64,000 nucleotides of DNA from Camelus ferus (Eukaryota), in contig NC_045696.1 in NCBI RefSeq assembly GCF_009834535.1, positions 15,936,001 through 16,000,000 of the forward strand, in the 5' to 3' direction. A program made the translations under genes and the position numbers. How positions within the stretch are numbered: position 1 is the stretch's first letter; each line of letters begins with the position of its first letter. This document shows, piece by piece, positions 34,800 to 47,319 of this stretch. Under the pieces are notes generated by a model, which was not told the DNA's origin, made no database searches, and saw only the letters and a program-made list of their open reading frames with translations.

Positions 34800-37055
34800 C
34801 TAACATTAGAAAAAATATGAATCATCATATATTAATAGACTAAAATTGAACAACCACATGATCATCTCAATAGATGCAGGAAAAAAATGTACAGACTTCA
34901 ACACCCATTTGTGATAGAATCACTTGTAGCAAACTAGGAATAAAATAAAACCTCCTCAATCCAATAAAAAGATATTCATTTTTAAAAAACCCTAAAAACA
35001 AAAAAAGACTACTGAAAGTTACTGACAGGAATTAAAGACTACTAGGTAAATGGAGAGATATACTGTGCTCAGGAATTAGATAATGTAAATTTGTAAAATA
35101 AGATATCTGTTATCCTCAAATTAATCTATAGATTTGACACAATTCCCAAATCCCAATAGTGACTTTTGTAGAAATTACATGCAGATTCTAAAATTTATAT
35201 AGAAATTCAAAATACCCAGAATAACCAAAAGAAAAATAAAGTTGGAAGTCTTTTGAAAAAGAAAAACAAAATTGAAGTCTTAAACTCCCACTTAGTATAA
35301 AGCTTACACTTAGATTTAGTATAAAGCTGTAGTAATCAAGTTAGTTTGGTATTGGCATATAAATCAATGGAACAGAATAGTGAGTCCAGAAACAAACCTA
35401 CACATACATAGTTCATTGATTACCAATAAAGGGGCCAATGTATTTCACTGTGAAAAAGGTATTCTTTTTGCATACAGTGCTGGAAATTTGGATATTCACA
35501 TACAAAAACAAAAGAAAGAACATCAACCCTCATCTTTACATTATATCCAAAATTTAACTCAAAAAATGATCATAGACCTTAGATCACAAACCTGTAAGAA
35601 TTAAAGCTTTAAAACTTCTAGAAGAAAATAAAGGAGAAAAATTTTATTACCTTTAGTTACACTAGATTTCTATAAAAACACACACTATAAAAGCAAAAAA
35701 ATTAATAACTTGGACTTTAAAAATTAAAAAGTTTTCCAAATGTATATAATAAAACAGAAATAGACTTACAGATATCGAGAACAAAATAGTGGTTACCAGT
35801 GGCAGAGGGACAGGAGGGACAAGATAAAGGTATGGGATTAAGAGATACAAACTACTATGTATAAAGTAAATAAGCTACAAAGATAAATTGTACAGCACAG
35901 GGAAATGTAGCCATTATTCTGTAATAACTTTAAATGGAGTGTAATTATAAAAATATTGAACCACTATGTTGTAACCTGAAACTAATATTGTAAATCAAAC
36001 ATACTTCAATAAAATAAAAACATTAAGTCTGCTCTTCAAAAGACACTGTTAAGAAAATAAAAAGACAAGTTGTAGACTGGGATAAAATATCTACAAATCA
36101 TATAGCTGATAAAAGATTTGCTTTAAGAATATATAAAGAACTCTTACAACTCAATAAGACAAAGAATCCAATTTAAAAACTGGGAAAATTTTTTGAAAAG
36201 ACACTTCATCAAATCAGGTTGATAAATGGTAAGGGAGCATATGCAAAGATACTCACCATCATTAGTCATTAGGGAAGCATAAGTTAATTGCGTTACACGT
36301 ACACACTGATATACCACAAAACACTCATTAGAATTAAAAACAGAAACAAAAACAAATTTAAAAGCCACCTAACTTAAAATACCAAATGATAATGAGAATG
36401 TGGAGCACCTGAATCACTCATATGTCGCTGATGAAAATACAAAATAGTACATCCACGTGAAAAAAGTTTGGCAGTTTCTTATTAAGTGAAATATACTCTT
36501 ACCATGCAACTCAGCAATCTCACTCCTAATTATTTACCCAAGAGAAACATATGTCCAAAGACATGTATTTGAATGTTCATAGCCATGTTTTTCATTAATA
36601 ACCAAAACATAGCAAGCAACCTAAATGTCCATCAACTAGTGAATATATACAAACTGTTGTATATCCAAGTAATGGAATACTAAGTGAAAAAATCCAGACA
36701 CACAAAAAACCCTGCATATTCTATGACTCCATGTACACAAAATTCTAGAAAGGACAAAACTACGATGACAAAAGCCATTTAGCGGTTGCCGGGGGGAACA
36801 CAGGGAAAGGCCATTGACTAAAAAGGACCAGGAGGGAACTTTATGGAGTGATAGATATGTTTTAGATCATAATTGTGGTGTTTATTACACAATTGTAATG
36901 TAAGCTATATTTTTGTGTAACTATACAAAAATGCAACTTATAAACTGTGTTTTTGTGTAACTACACAAAATATCACTATACATTTGTCAAAATTCAGACA
37001 AGTTGGCAAAATTTGTTGCATATATATTTACTTCATTAAAGGTGATATTTTTAAA
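34800..37055 (+). mobile_element. L1MC/MD-like ORF2 and 3'UTR, interrupted at 35740-36020
   Basis: catgatcatctcaatagatgcag, tagtgagtccagaaac, cctaaatgtccatcaac. Confidence 0.88.
35740..36020 (+). mobile_element. Cetartiodactyl L1 (L1_Art-like) 3' end nested in the older L1
   Basis: gggattaagagatacaaactactatgtataaa...gtacagcacagggaa...tacttcaataaaa. Confidence 0.85.
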
Positions 37056-37129
37056 AGGAGGAAATTAGAAAGAAGGTTATATTCTACAATGAAATGCATT
37101 TTATAATAAAAATATAATCTCATAGGTAG

Positions 37130-38090
37130 GATGCTTTATATTATTTGTAGATGATCATTGTAACCTTAAAAAGCCCAGAGGAATCCTCCAACAATGAACT
37201 TAAATAATATGAGAATTCAGTAAGATGACTGGCTAGGAAACCAATACACAAAGATACTGAGCTTTCCTACATGTAAATGATTAGTAAAAACAAATTGTAA
37301 CAGGTAAACATCACATTTAGAAATTCACAAATACATAAAAATTTAAATAACTCCTGAGGAAAAAAGAAAAAATGAGCAAGTATAAAGATGTGCTCTATTC
37401 TTGATTAGGAAAACTTCATATTAAAAGTTTTCTTTTCCCTAAATTGAGCTACAAATTAAATAAATCTCAATGAATGCAATAAACCAAACATAACCCCAAG
37501 TATACATTCTGATTTTGAATATGATTAATAAGCTACTTTAAATCATTGGAGATAAGACAAATTAATAAATGAAACTGGAATAACTTTTAAGCTTTAGGGA
37601 AATATGCTTACGTGTATACTTTACTCCTTAAGTAACAATAAGTTCTGTTTACATCAAAGATGAACATGCTGAAAATGAAACCATACAATTTAGAGTAAGA
37701 TGTGAGTATTTTTTAATTATCTTAGGGTTGGGAAGATGCACCTAAGCTTATATAAAATTCAACATTCAGAAAAATACAAACTAATGTGCATGAAAACTTT
37801 AACTATCTGTGATGCAAAAATTTACTGAGTTCAAGTGACAAATTGGGTGAAAAAAAACTGGCAACACAATGACAAAGACAAATTTCTTTAAAATTAAAAT
37901 TGCTCTTACAAGTTCATTAAGAGACAACCAGTCAGTAGAAAATACGGCCAAGAACATAAAAAGGTAACAGTAAAGTGGAAAAAAGTGCAATGGCCCATAA
38001 AATGAAAAGATGCTCATCTCATTTCACTTATAATTAAAGAAATTAATATTAAATAGGGGTAAGGTGCCATTTTTCAGATAGACAGGAAGC
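37130..38090 (+). mobile_element. Decayed L1ME ORF2 fragment
   Basis: tgagaattcagtaagatgactgg, aaatgaaaagatgctcatctc. Confidence 0.65.
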
Positions 38091-38346
38091 CAAAATTTTG
38101 TTAACATTTGGCCACGTCCACTGCACGCCTCCTAATGCAGTAAGAAGCAGGACAGACACCGAGCTTTATAACTATGGGGCAGCAGGAATTGCCGTTTATG
38201 GAAGTAATTACTCCACTGAGTGCCAGCGTGGCCCGTTCTCCACCCAGACGGTATGAGATGCAGAGAGTATGCAGCCCGGGGCACCTTCAGCCTGAACCAG
38301 AGAATCCCAGGTTCACCATGAAGAGAGCTCTGGGCAAGCTCCACAG

Positions 38347-38536
38347 CAGTGGTCCTCAAATTTCAGTGAGCGGATGAATCACAGGCAGGCCTTGTTCAGA
38401 CTCAGACTGCTGGTCCTTGGCATGGGAATTTATGATTCAGGAGGCCTAGGGTGGGGCCTGAGAACCTGCATTTATAACAAGTTCCTAGGCGGTGCCCATG
38501 CTCCTGGGCCAGGGACGACACTTGGAGAACCTCTGA
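38347..38536 (+). mobile_element. MER5A (hAT-Charlie)
   Basis: cagtggtcctcaaa...gggtggggcctgagaacctgcattt...acttggagaacctctg. Confidence 0.85.
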
Positions 38537-38704
38537 TCTAGTGAATCCCTTTGCCCCGCTTGCTTGCCTTTTCAGGGGTAAACTGAAATAAAATCAATAT
38601 TAATCAGAGTCCCATTCTTCTTTGCCAGTCTTCAAAGCTAGACCAGCCCTCTGAGGTTTGGCTTAGTTTACCAATCGGTAAAGACCTGGATTAAAAAAAA
38701 AAAA

Positions 38705-39360
38705 AAGCTTTCCCACAGTATTAGTGAAAATGTAAACATATGCAGCCCTTTTCAATTTGGCAGAATTTCTCAAAGTTCATATGCATATAGCCTTGGCCCA
38801 GAAATTCCATTTCTAGGTATTTATCTTGCACATATGCTCCTCCCCTCCACAAAATGCACAAAGATGTTTATTGCATCATATGGGCAATAGCTAAAAACTG
38901 GAAACAACTTAAATGTCAGCCCAATGGGAATTGTTTAGATAAATTAGGACACATCTCAAGGGAATACTTTGCGGCTATTAGGATGAATGTGGTAGATGGA
39001 TTGTAGTGAGCTGGAAATATGCCAACAACGTATAATAATTAAGTGCAAGAGAGGAACTGCAGAATAGCACATGGAGTGAGATCCATTTTTTGTCAAAATT
39101 AAAAACATATACTAATACAGAAAACATGACATAGGATATGTATAATGTTTTAAATGGATACATATGCACAGTGTATACAGGTATGTGTGTGTATGCAAAG
39201 GTTTCTGAAAAGCTTCTTACAGGCGTAGCCCAGGAAAAGGGCACTGGAGCTTCAAAGACAGCAGCATGGCAAGGGGAGGGGAAAAGCAAGTATGACTCTG
39301 AAAGACAATTACTTTGAAACATTCCTGTTTGAATTATTTTACAGGGAGCACATAGACCCT
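38705..39360 (+). mobile_element. L1ME 3' fragment
   Basis: cccagaaattccatttctaggtatttatc, aaaactggaaacaacttaaatgtc. Confidence 0.7.
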
Positions 39361-41504
39361 GTCCTGTCTCATTTATTTGTAAACTATTTTTTTAAAAGTC
39401 AAAGCCAGGGCAACAACTTAATACCTCCAATGCCTCAGCATTAAACAAGTTTTATCTATTGATTATAGGTGGGTCTTCGGGCCCTTGAGTTGGAAACAAT
39501 ATTTTGCCTAGTTTTTAATCACTGTGTACACATGAGATTAATAAAACAGTGACTCATTTAAAAAAAAGATAAAAATTAGATAGGAAATAAATAAGGTGTT
39601 CACCACAAAGGGAGAGGGACCCAGTGGGCCCTGTCCTTTGTCGTATTTTAATTCTCTCTCCAAAATCTTGAGGAAAATTTAGCATCCTATCATTGAAAAT
39701 GTAAATGGTTATCTTACGTATCTGCAGTTTCTCTGTTGACTTAATAGTTGCTTCAGTAACCATGAACTGAGTTGGTATGACTCCTGCCTACTTCATGTGA
39801 CCACCATTTCTATGAGTTCTGCAAAAGGGACAGAATGACAGTATATGATGCCAGTCTATGATGATAATACATATGTCAGGTGATGCTAAAAACCCTGAGG
39901 ACCCAGAATTCCCTAGTGGCAAGGGTATACCTGAAATTAGCATTACTTAGGAGAGTAACAGGAAATTCCCAACTTGCAGTGAGAAATTAATGAACTCTGT
40001 TGTGGGCCTGACATTCCAGACTTTCAGGCAGCTAGGTCAGGCTGGCATTTCGATATGCAAACCTACTGCTCCAAGGTATAAGGCCAGCTCTCAGGGGAGA
40101 CAGAGCAGGACTAAAGGTACAATTCAATCTTAAACTTCTCTTTAGAGTCATGAAAGCTTAAGCCATGAGATAAATATTTATATGCTCTGGAATTTTTTAA
40201 ATTAAAAAAAAAATTCCAAAAAGCCATAATAGGGCAATATCCTCTATTACTCCTCAATCCGAAAAAATAAAATAAGACTGAGATTTCCAAAGAACCACGT
40301 ATTTTCTCATTCTCCCAAAGCCTGTGGAGGAGGCCCTGCCTCTTAGTTATCCCATAAAGAGGTGCTGATATTATCTGTAAAGGTTTTATCCTTTAGTGGA
40401 AAATTCCGTAAAACTGGATCACCAACATCAAAACAGACTCAAACCTTTACATGTCAAAAAATAAGAACTAAGAAGATTCTGTCGTCCTGGAACCAGTTGT
40501 TCTTTCCCCTTAGCAGGCCAGAAACATCATGCGTTGTATGTCATACATCATGTACCAAAGGACATAACATTTCAGTTATGTAACTGATTGATTTGGGTCA
40601 CTCACTGATAACTTTTCTCCACTCAAACCACCTTAAGTGTTTTCCCTAGTCACCTTAAGACAGGCTCAAAATCCTCAAACTTTTCTAATTTTTCACATCT
40701 ACCTGAATGCGTTAATTTGATTATAGCATCATCATTTGGGACACAGGATAGGACATCATCGCACCCTTGAAATTGTGTAAAGGAAACTTGGCTGGATTTG
40801 GGAAAGCCACAGAAAAGCAGATGAACTACAAAGGACTCAGAGCCTTGACTAATGCAGGAAGACTTTCTAATTAATAATCTCCAATAAATCTTGTGATCCT
40901 GGCTTTCTCTAAGGGACTCAAAGTGCTTTACAACAATTATCAAATGAATCTCCCAAACATCCTTGCTCATCAGCAGGAAGAATGTACTATAATAGTCACC
41001 TAATGGATTGGAAAAACTGGCACCGCAGAAAGGTTAAGTGATTTACCAAATACTACAAAATGAGTCAGGATTAGAAGAGAAAATAGTCCTCAGTGACCCT
41101 GATCTGGTCACTGGACCTAGCTGAATAAGCACTTTTGTTTGTCTCTTTTAACTTTCTCCAGGTAAAAGCGACTAACAAAGGATTCAGTCTTCTCCTCCCC
41201 GTTGACTGCTCTCTGTTGGTTCTCTTTTGTTCCTCCTTATTTTAACTCCGTAATAATACTATGTAATATCTGAATAGCACTGTATCTAACAAAGTGCTTT
41301 TTTACTGTCATGACCTCCTCTAATTAAACAAAACCCATCTCTGCATTCTGCATTTCTCCTCTCCCTGACTCAAGCTGACCTGACATTGTCAAAAGGTACC
41401 GTGTATGAAATGCAGTAGGGAGAATGGGATTTCCTTTCAGCCATTATTTTCATTATAGACACTGAAAATAAGTGAGCACGCCACTTTCTGTCCTTCATGA
41501 CTCA

Positions 41505-42390
41505 GCAAGCATTCATTGGGCACCACTGTGTGTGAGACAAAGCTACGAACTAAGGATATGAAGACAATTAAGACAGAGCTTAAATGAAGGAGCTTATCGT
41601 CTAAACATGGGAACAAATCACAAATGTATCACAGGTGCCTGGGCTGAAGTATGAACAAAACGTTCCTGGACTATCAATGAGGACGAAATGAGTTCAGCTC
41701 GGGGGACTCAGGAAAAGCTACTGTGCTGAACTGCCTTCATCTGCCTTCATCTGCCCCTTCCACCCCAGATCCTCTCTCCACCTGCTCCAGACCCCAGGGA
41801 GCTAATCACTGTGGACCGCATCACCAAGTCCCCCTGCTTGCCCTCCAGCTTTTGGCGGGGTTTGGCAATGGCTGGTTCCAGCAGGAGAGCAGAGGGCATG
41901 TAGAGGCAGGTTGGGGTGTTTATTTTCCCAGATCCCTCCCTGCCCAGTAGTGACTATATTCCTCTATCAAAATCCAGCATGCCTGTCCTAAAGTCCCAAG
42001 TTCACTCTGGGTTGCTGTTCCCTTATTTACTTCCTCAGGCCCAGGGGTGGCAGGACTGCCTTTCTTTCTCGCCCTAGAGAGCGTCCCATCTTTGTATTAT
42101 CGTAACCCTTTGTAACTCATTTATCCATTAAGATTTTCAAGCAGGAGAATGACTGAATGAGTTCAGAGTGGGGAGGTATAAAGTCAGGAAGACCTTAGAA
42201 GCAGGGGTCCTAATTAGAAGCTTGGCCTCCTGAATTCATGCTAGAACATGAATGAAGGCAATGGTGGCTCAGGATGGAAAAGAAATAACTGACCACCAAG
42301 ATATTCTTGGAAGTTGAATTGCTAGGCTCAACTGAACATTGTGGAGGGAGAGGGAAGATGAGTGAAGCTGAAGGTAACTTCTAGTCTATT
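41505..42390 (-). mobile_element. L2 fragment split by LTR33
   Basis: cagcaagcattcattgggcacc, ggagcttatcgtct; resumes ttttcaagcaggagaatgac. Confidence 0.6.
41722..42130 (+). mobile_element. LTR33-like ERVL LTR
   Basis: cttgccctccagctt...gggtttggcaatgg...cagcaggagagcagaggg...tcaggcccaggggtgg. Confidence 0.75.
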
Positions 42391-42814
42391 TAAAAATATT
42401 TTTATTTAAAAAAACTAAAGCTATATTGGTAGGTGTGATATATTTTTAATTAAAGATAATTCAGCAAAAAAATCCTACTGTTTATTAAGTGACCTGCCTG
42501 TCCATTTGGCCGGAAATCAATAGTCACCTTCAAGAGGGTTTGCACTGCAAACTGTGCCACCTGATCCCAGGTGTCGTCAGGTGCAGTCCTCCCGTCATTG
42601 CCACGTATCCAACTGCCAGAGCCTCTCGTGCAGGACGTTCAACCACATAAAGCCACGTGGGACAGCAGAGAAGAGCACACAACTTTGGAGTCCCATCTTG
42701 TGCCATACTTTAAAGTCAATGTTTTTTCACAGTCTGGATGCTGAAATTATCTATCATTCAGTCTAAATATACTGGAACACGGATAAGTGCATGCCACATT
42801 CCAGTATTTATGAG

Positions 42815-43262
42815 AATGGCGATAAACCTGGTATTATCATGCCAAATGCAATAAATCAGACAGAGAAAGACAAATACTGTATGATCTGATTTATACGTGG
42901 AATCTAAAAAAAGCCAAACTTACAGAAACAGAGATCAGATTTGTGGTTGGGGGTTGGGGTTGGGTGAAGCTGGTCAAAAAGTCCAAACTTCTCGGTTTAA
43001 GTTGAATTAGGTCTGAGGATGTAATGGACACAGTGATGCCTAGAGTTAATACCGTATTGTACATTTGAAAGTTGCAAGGAGAGTAAATCTTAAAAGTTCT
43101 TATCACAAGGAAAAACACGGTAACTAGGTGAGGTGATGGATGTTAACTAAACTTGTTGTGGTGATCAGTTCACCATACATAAATATGTATCAAATCATTA
43201 TGTTGTATATCTGAAATGTGTGCAATGTTGGATGTCAGTTATATCTCAATAAAACTGGGGAG
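42815..43262 (+). mobile_element. L1MA-like 3'UTR
   Basis: cagacagagaaagacaaatactgtatg...tatatctcaataaaactggg. Confidence 0.88.
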
Positions 43263-43305
43263 GGGGAGTCCTGTTATTGTTGCTTTCTCTCTAGGGCTCT
43301 GCTGC

Positions 43306-43738
43306 TCTTGGGGGAGGTCATCAAGAGGATGTGACTGCCAGCTGACCCAAGAGCTGGATTTGGGCACTCTGAGTCTCCTCACCCCCTCTCCTGCCTTTGG
43401 AATACACATTCTGCCCACTGTTCCCATAGCTGGGACCATTTCAAGGATTTAGCCTTGAGAGAGTAATGTCTTATGGAGACTGTCTGCACTGTCGTGTGAC
43501 TGAACCCCATTAAAGCCTCTGTATAAACCTTTAAGATTCTGGTGGGCAGGTGCAGAGATCTACTTGTCTTGCTGGTCACCCAAGACGTGGCTTATATGTA
43601 AGCCGCTTTGCTTATTAAAATTGCCACCTGCCAATCTCAAGTGGTCCTGCCTCTTTCTGAATGGCCTTTCCTTGCCCTCTGGGTATGGGGGCCAATTCCA
43701 GATTTCACCCAGGAAGCTCCCAAGGATGCAAACCAACA
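43306..43738 (+). mobile_element. ERVL-class solo LTR, same family as 27955-28364
   Basis: Perfect 5-bp TSD gctgc (43301-43305 / 43739-43743); ends aaccaaca; TATA tgtataaa; ATTAAA. Confidence 0.9.
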
Positions 43739-44866
43739 GCTGCCCACTTCACATTTCTATTAACCTTAAAAACACATAGTGCAAACAAAGGCTTCTTGAA
43801 TTTCATCATCAGACTACTTCCACGCGGCTGAAATTCCTAGAGAAGTGTTTGTAAATATATACTTATAAATAGATATGGACCTGGGTGAAAATGAAATCTC
43901 AGAGGTCATAAAAAATATATCCTTTTTCTGGAATATTAATAATTAGGTATTACAACTATATTATAACTGCCTTCCATTTCCATCAAAAAAGGAAATTGAA
44001 CCTTAACAAATATTCATACTCAAATGAAAACAGAGGCTCAAATGACCTTAATATTTCTTCCATTTATGAAATCAGAGAGAAAGAATTTTTTAGGTCTTTA
44101 TGAGAAAACCTGTTTCTTGAAATAAAAGTGCACTAAGTCGGAGGAAGCAGCAACTCCTCTGGAGGTACTCTGGCACAACACAATGTGTAAAATGTGAAAA
44201 AAACAAAGAATAACATGTGCAAAAGTGTATGTAGAAGGATATTGATGACATTACTCATAATAGCTGAAAACCACATGCATTCACGTTCAACAATAGAAAA
44301 CTGGTTTGGTACCTATTCTTGGGTGCCAAGGAGACGGTTCTTTTTTGTTCAGCCTCACGTAGCTGACCCTCATCCCAGCAGCACAGGTACGTCACCGGGT
44401 CACTAGGACAGTCTACTCTTTTCTCAAGGTGAACCTCTGTCTGGAGTGCTTGCTGTTCTTTCTTGTCTGCAGCCCTTGATCGCTGTAAAGGTTTCCTTAA
44501 CGTTGAATTTTGAAAAGAAAGATCAGTATCTCTTCCAGAAGGCACTGGGGCTTTTTATGCAAATGATCCCCCACCACTGCCATCTAATTCTGCATACCAA
44601 GAGAAAGGGCAAACTTGAAAAGTGACACAGCTTTTTAAATGTGGCTGAGTGAAAACATGTGTTTACATCTTCTGTTCTCTCTTAAAATACTGCTAAAATG
44701 ATGTGTTGGGTTTTTTTTTTTTTTTTTTTTTTTTAATTCACCTGGAGAAGAAAAGGAGCTGAGGAGAGGAGACATCAGCAATCAAGCTGGATGCCAAAAA
44801 GTAGACAGTAAAGCTGTGCCTGGGACAGAAAAAAACAGGTCATATGCACAGGTTAGGAATTAGAAG

Positions 44867-45323
44867 TGTAATAGAGGAGGACCAATCTGACTCTATATTG
44901 GATCTGTTCCTTTAGTTTTAACCACTGTGTCCTGTTTCCTAGGCTTAGTCTTGTTAGCTCTGCACTCACGTAAAGATAACAAGTTGCAGAATAGAGAATA
45001 CTGTTTGTTTTGTTGGAGGTTTTGCAGGAGCACCATGAGCTGACCCATGTGGACAGCTGCAGGAACAAAGAATTCCTACAGCAAGAAGTTTGCAACAACC
45101 AACCACACCTCCTCCCCTGTTTTTGTTTTGCTTTGTTTTGTTTTGTTTTGTATAAAAGGAGCCTGTATTCTGACTGGAGCAGGATGGTTCTCCAAGACAT
45201 TAGTCTGCCATCCTCTCGGTCTGCTGGCTTTCCGAATAAAGTTGCTATTCCTTGCCCCAAAACCTCATCTCCCAATTTATTGGCCGTCACGCAATGAGCA
45301 GCATGAGTTTGGACTCGGTGACA
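44867..45323 (+). mobile_element. ERV1-class solo LTR (MER41-like)
   Basis: Perfect 4-bp TSD gaag (44863-44866 / 45324-45327); TG...CA; tataaaagg; AATAAA at 45235. Confidence 0.9.
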
Positions 45324-45433
45324 GAAGGGTATCTGCCTTCCTAACTGAAGTACTGGACACCAGAAGAAAACAAAGCAATGCCTTCAAAACCCTGAGGGAA
45401 AAATGAATTCCAACTGGGAATTCTACGTTGAGC

Positions 45434-45996
45434 TGTTGCGGAAAAATGTGTTACAGCTCAGTTGTGACAGCAACCTGGATCCGGGAGAGAGACCAAGCAG
45501 CACTTGGAGAGTTGGAGAACTCAGGTTTATTATGCCAGCGGGCCCAGAGGAGTTAACACTCCAAGCTCTGGACCCTGTCTGTAGGTTTACACAGGTCTTT
45601 ATAGGCTGCCAGTTTTACACTTTGCAACATCATAGGCAAATAAAGTATAACAGAAGTTGACCAACCAGGAACAAGCTTTGTAGAAATAGACCAATCAGGA
45701 GTGAGAGAAATAACCAATCAGGAGTGAGCTCCATGCAAATGAAGTACTACAAATGGACCAATCATAAGTTAGGGAAGTGGGCCAATCAGAAGTGAAAGTA
45801 ATAACCAATCAGGAGTGAAGGAAATAACCAATCAGAAGTGAGCTCAGGGAACCAATAGAATTTTAGGGATAAGTAAGCCATTTCAGAGGCAAAAAATGAG
45901 ATAGAGCCTCTGGGCCAGGGAACCGGATGGTGCCAGCAGAAGAGCAGTGGCCCTGCTTGGGGGCCCTGCCGGTTTTTTATGGGGCTTCCCACCTCA
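45434..45996 (-). mobile_element. ERV1-class solo LTR with CCAAT-box array
   Basis: Perfect 4-bp TSD gagc (45430-45433 / 45997-46000); TG...CA; minus-strand TATAAA (45598-45603) and AATAAA (45526-45531). Confidence 0.92.
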
Positions 45997-46166
45997 GAGC
46001 CACACTTTTACTAAAATATGAGAGTGAAATAAAGACTTTTCCAGATATGCAAAATTTCCCCAAAAAAGTTACTTCCTATTAAGCTTTACTCAGGAAGCTA
46101 CCAGAGTTGGGGCTCCCCACGTAAGAGGGTTTACCAAGAACCAAAACAGGAACTCGGGGTCCATTT

Positions 46167-46333
46167 CAAAACCAGACTACATGATTTGCAGGATGGGACC
46201 CAATATAAAATGAAAACTCTGGGCCCCTTGTTCAAGATTTATTAAGAATTTCAAGATGAGGACAGCAGAGCACTAAATCCAATGCAGGATCCTTCTAACT
46301 GCACAGGACGCAGAGCCCATGAAATCAGCCCTG
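46167..46333 (-). mobile_element. MER45A-like hAT-Tip100 element
   Basis: aaaatgaaaactctgggccccttgttcaa...aagaatttcaagatg...cccatgaaatcagccctg; partial TSD ggtcca. Confidence 0.8.
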
Positions 46334-47319
46334 GGTCCAGAGCAGGAGAGGAAAGAGAGAATTCCTAGGATGATGTTGAAAAGAGATCTCAGCACAACAG
46401 ATGTGACGCTAGTCTAGCCAATTACCAGTCCACACTGGAGCCAGAAAATGGAGTGCTTCCAGAAGGGTACCTTCAAAGAAAAGAATGAAATACAGAGATG
46501 GCGCACTGTGTTGTAAGGGATTGAGAGGCCGTGTCCACTTCTTGGGGAAAGTACATGGAAGAATTAATGATGGATATGGTTAAAGCAACTTTCCAGACAA
46601 ATCCATCACTGGCAAGTGTCAATATTTTATGACAAGCTGGCCACTAGAGTAAAGCTACTATGCTCTGGAGCTGTGAAGAAGCAAGAAACTCATCTTCAGG
46701 CATAACTACCCAGTCTTGGGAGACATAGGTGTGAATCAGAGCCCATCTTGGTAGAGCAGTGGGGCTTTTCGAAGAATCTGAGATGGAGAGAGACCTTCTG
46801 GCAAAATACAGAACAACATATACAAAGGCATGACAGAGAGCAAACAATTCTGAACAAGCCTGGATGAACCGAACTCTTGATTGATGAGGAGTAGGGAAAT
46901 GGTCTAGATTTTCCCCTCACCATCCGCCACAAATTTCTATTCAAAGAGAGATGTGTTAGAAATACATGCGAGTGAATGGTTCCTGGTCGAGATCCTATTA
47001 GGACCTGTAACACAAGCACATTTTGTTTTGTGTTCATTGACTCCAGTGTATCGATTTTCATTTATTTGCTGTAATTAAACTTGTGTAATTATTGCAAGGA
47101 AATTCAAAAACAGGCTCAGACCTTTCTGTTACACCAGCCCTCTGCACTGCTATGGTTTACTGGGATTCTTTTGTGGCTCGAAGATAGGACTTCAAGACTG
47201 AAGTGGAATGTTCCCCAATAGTAAGGAGAGTAAGGGGCACAATTCAGAGCAGAGTTACTTATCCTTAGAAAGTTTGTTCTTGTGGTATATGCCGATTTTT
47301 TTTGAAAGTTCTAACAGTA

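Larger units (their letters stand above)
45328..46600 (+). mobile_element. HAL1-like remnant interrupted by an LTR and MER45A
   Basis: gcaatgccttcaaaaccctgagggaaaaatga...aataaagacttttccagatatgcaa...ctcaggaagctac...ccagtccacactggagc. Confidence 0.7.

Noticed and set aside
40650..40970. Minus-strand ORF ending GCDDVLSCVPNDDAIIKLTHSGRCEKLEKFEDFEPVLR
   Set aside because: No recognised homology and only mediocre splice signals; cannot be supported without a search
16475..45323. MER41-like LTR pair as one provirus or a segmental duplication
   Set aside because: Each has its own TSD and unrelated flanks; independent solo LTRs
45661..45856. Regularly spaced repeats suggestive of a CRISPR array
   Set aside because: Tandem 23-bp units without unique spacers, inside a retroviral LTR in mammalian DNA; no cas genes
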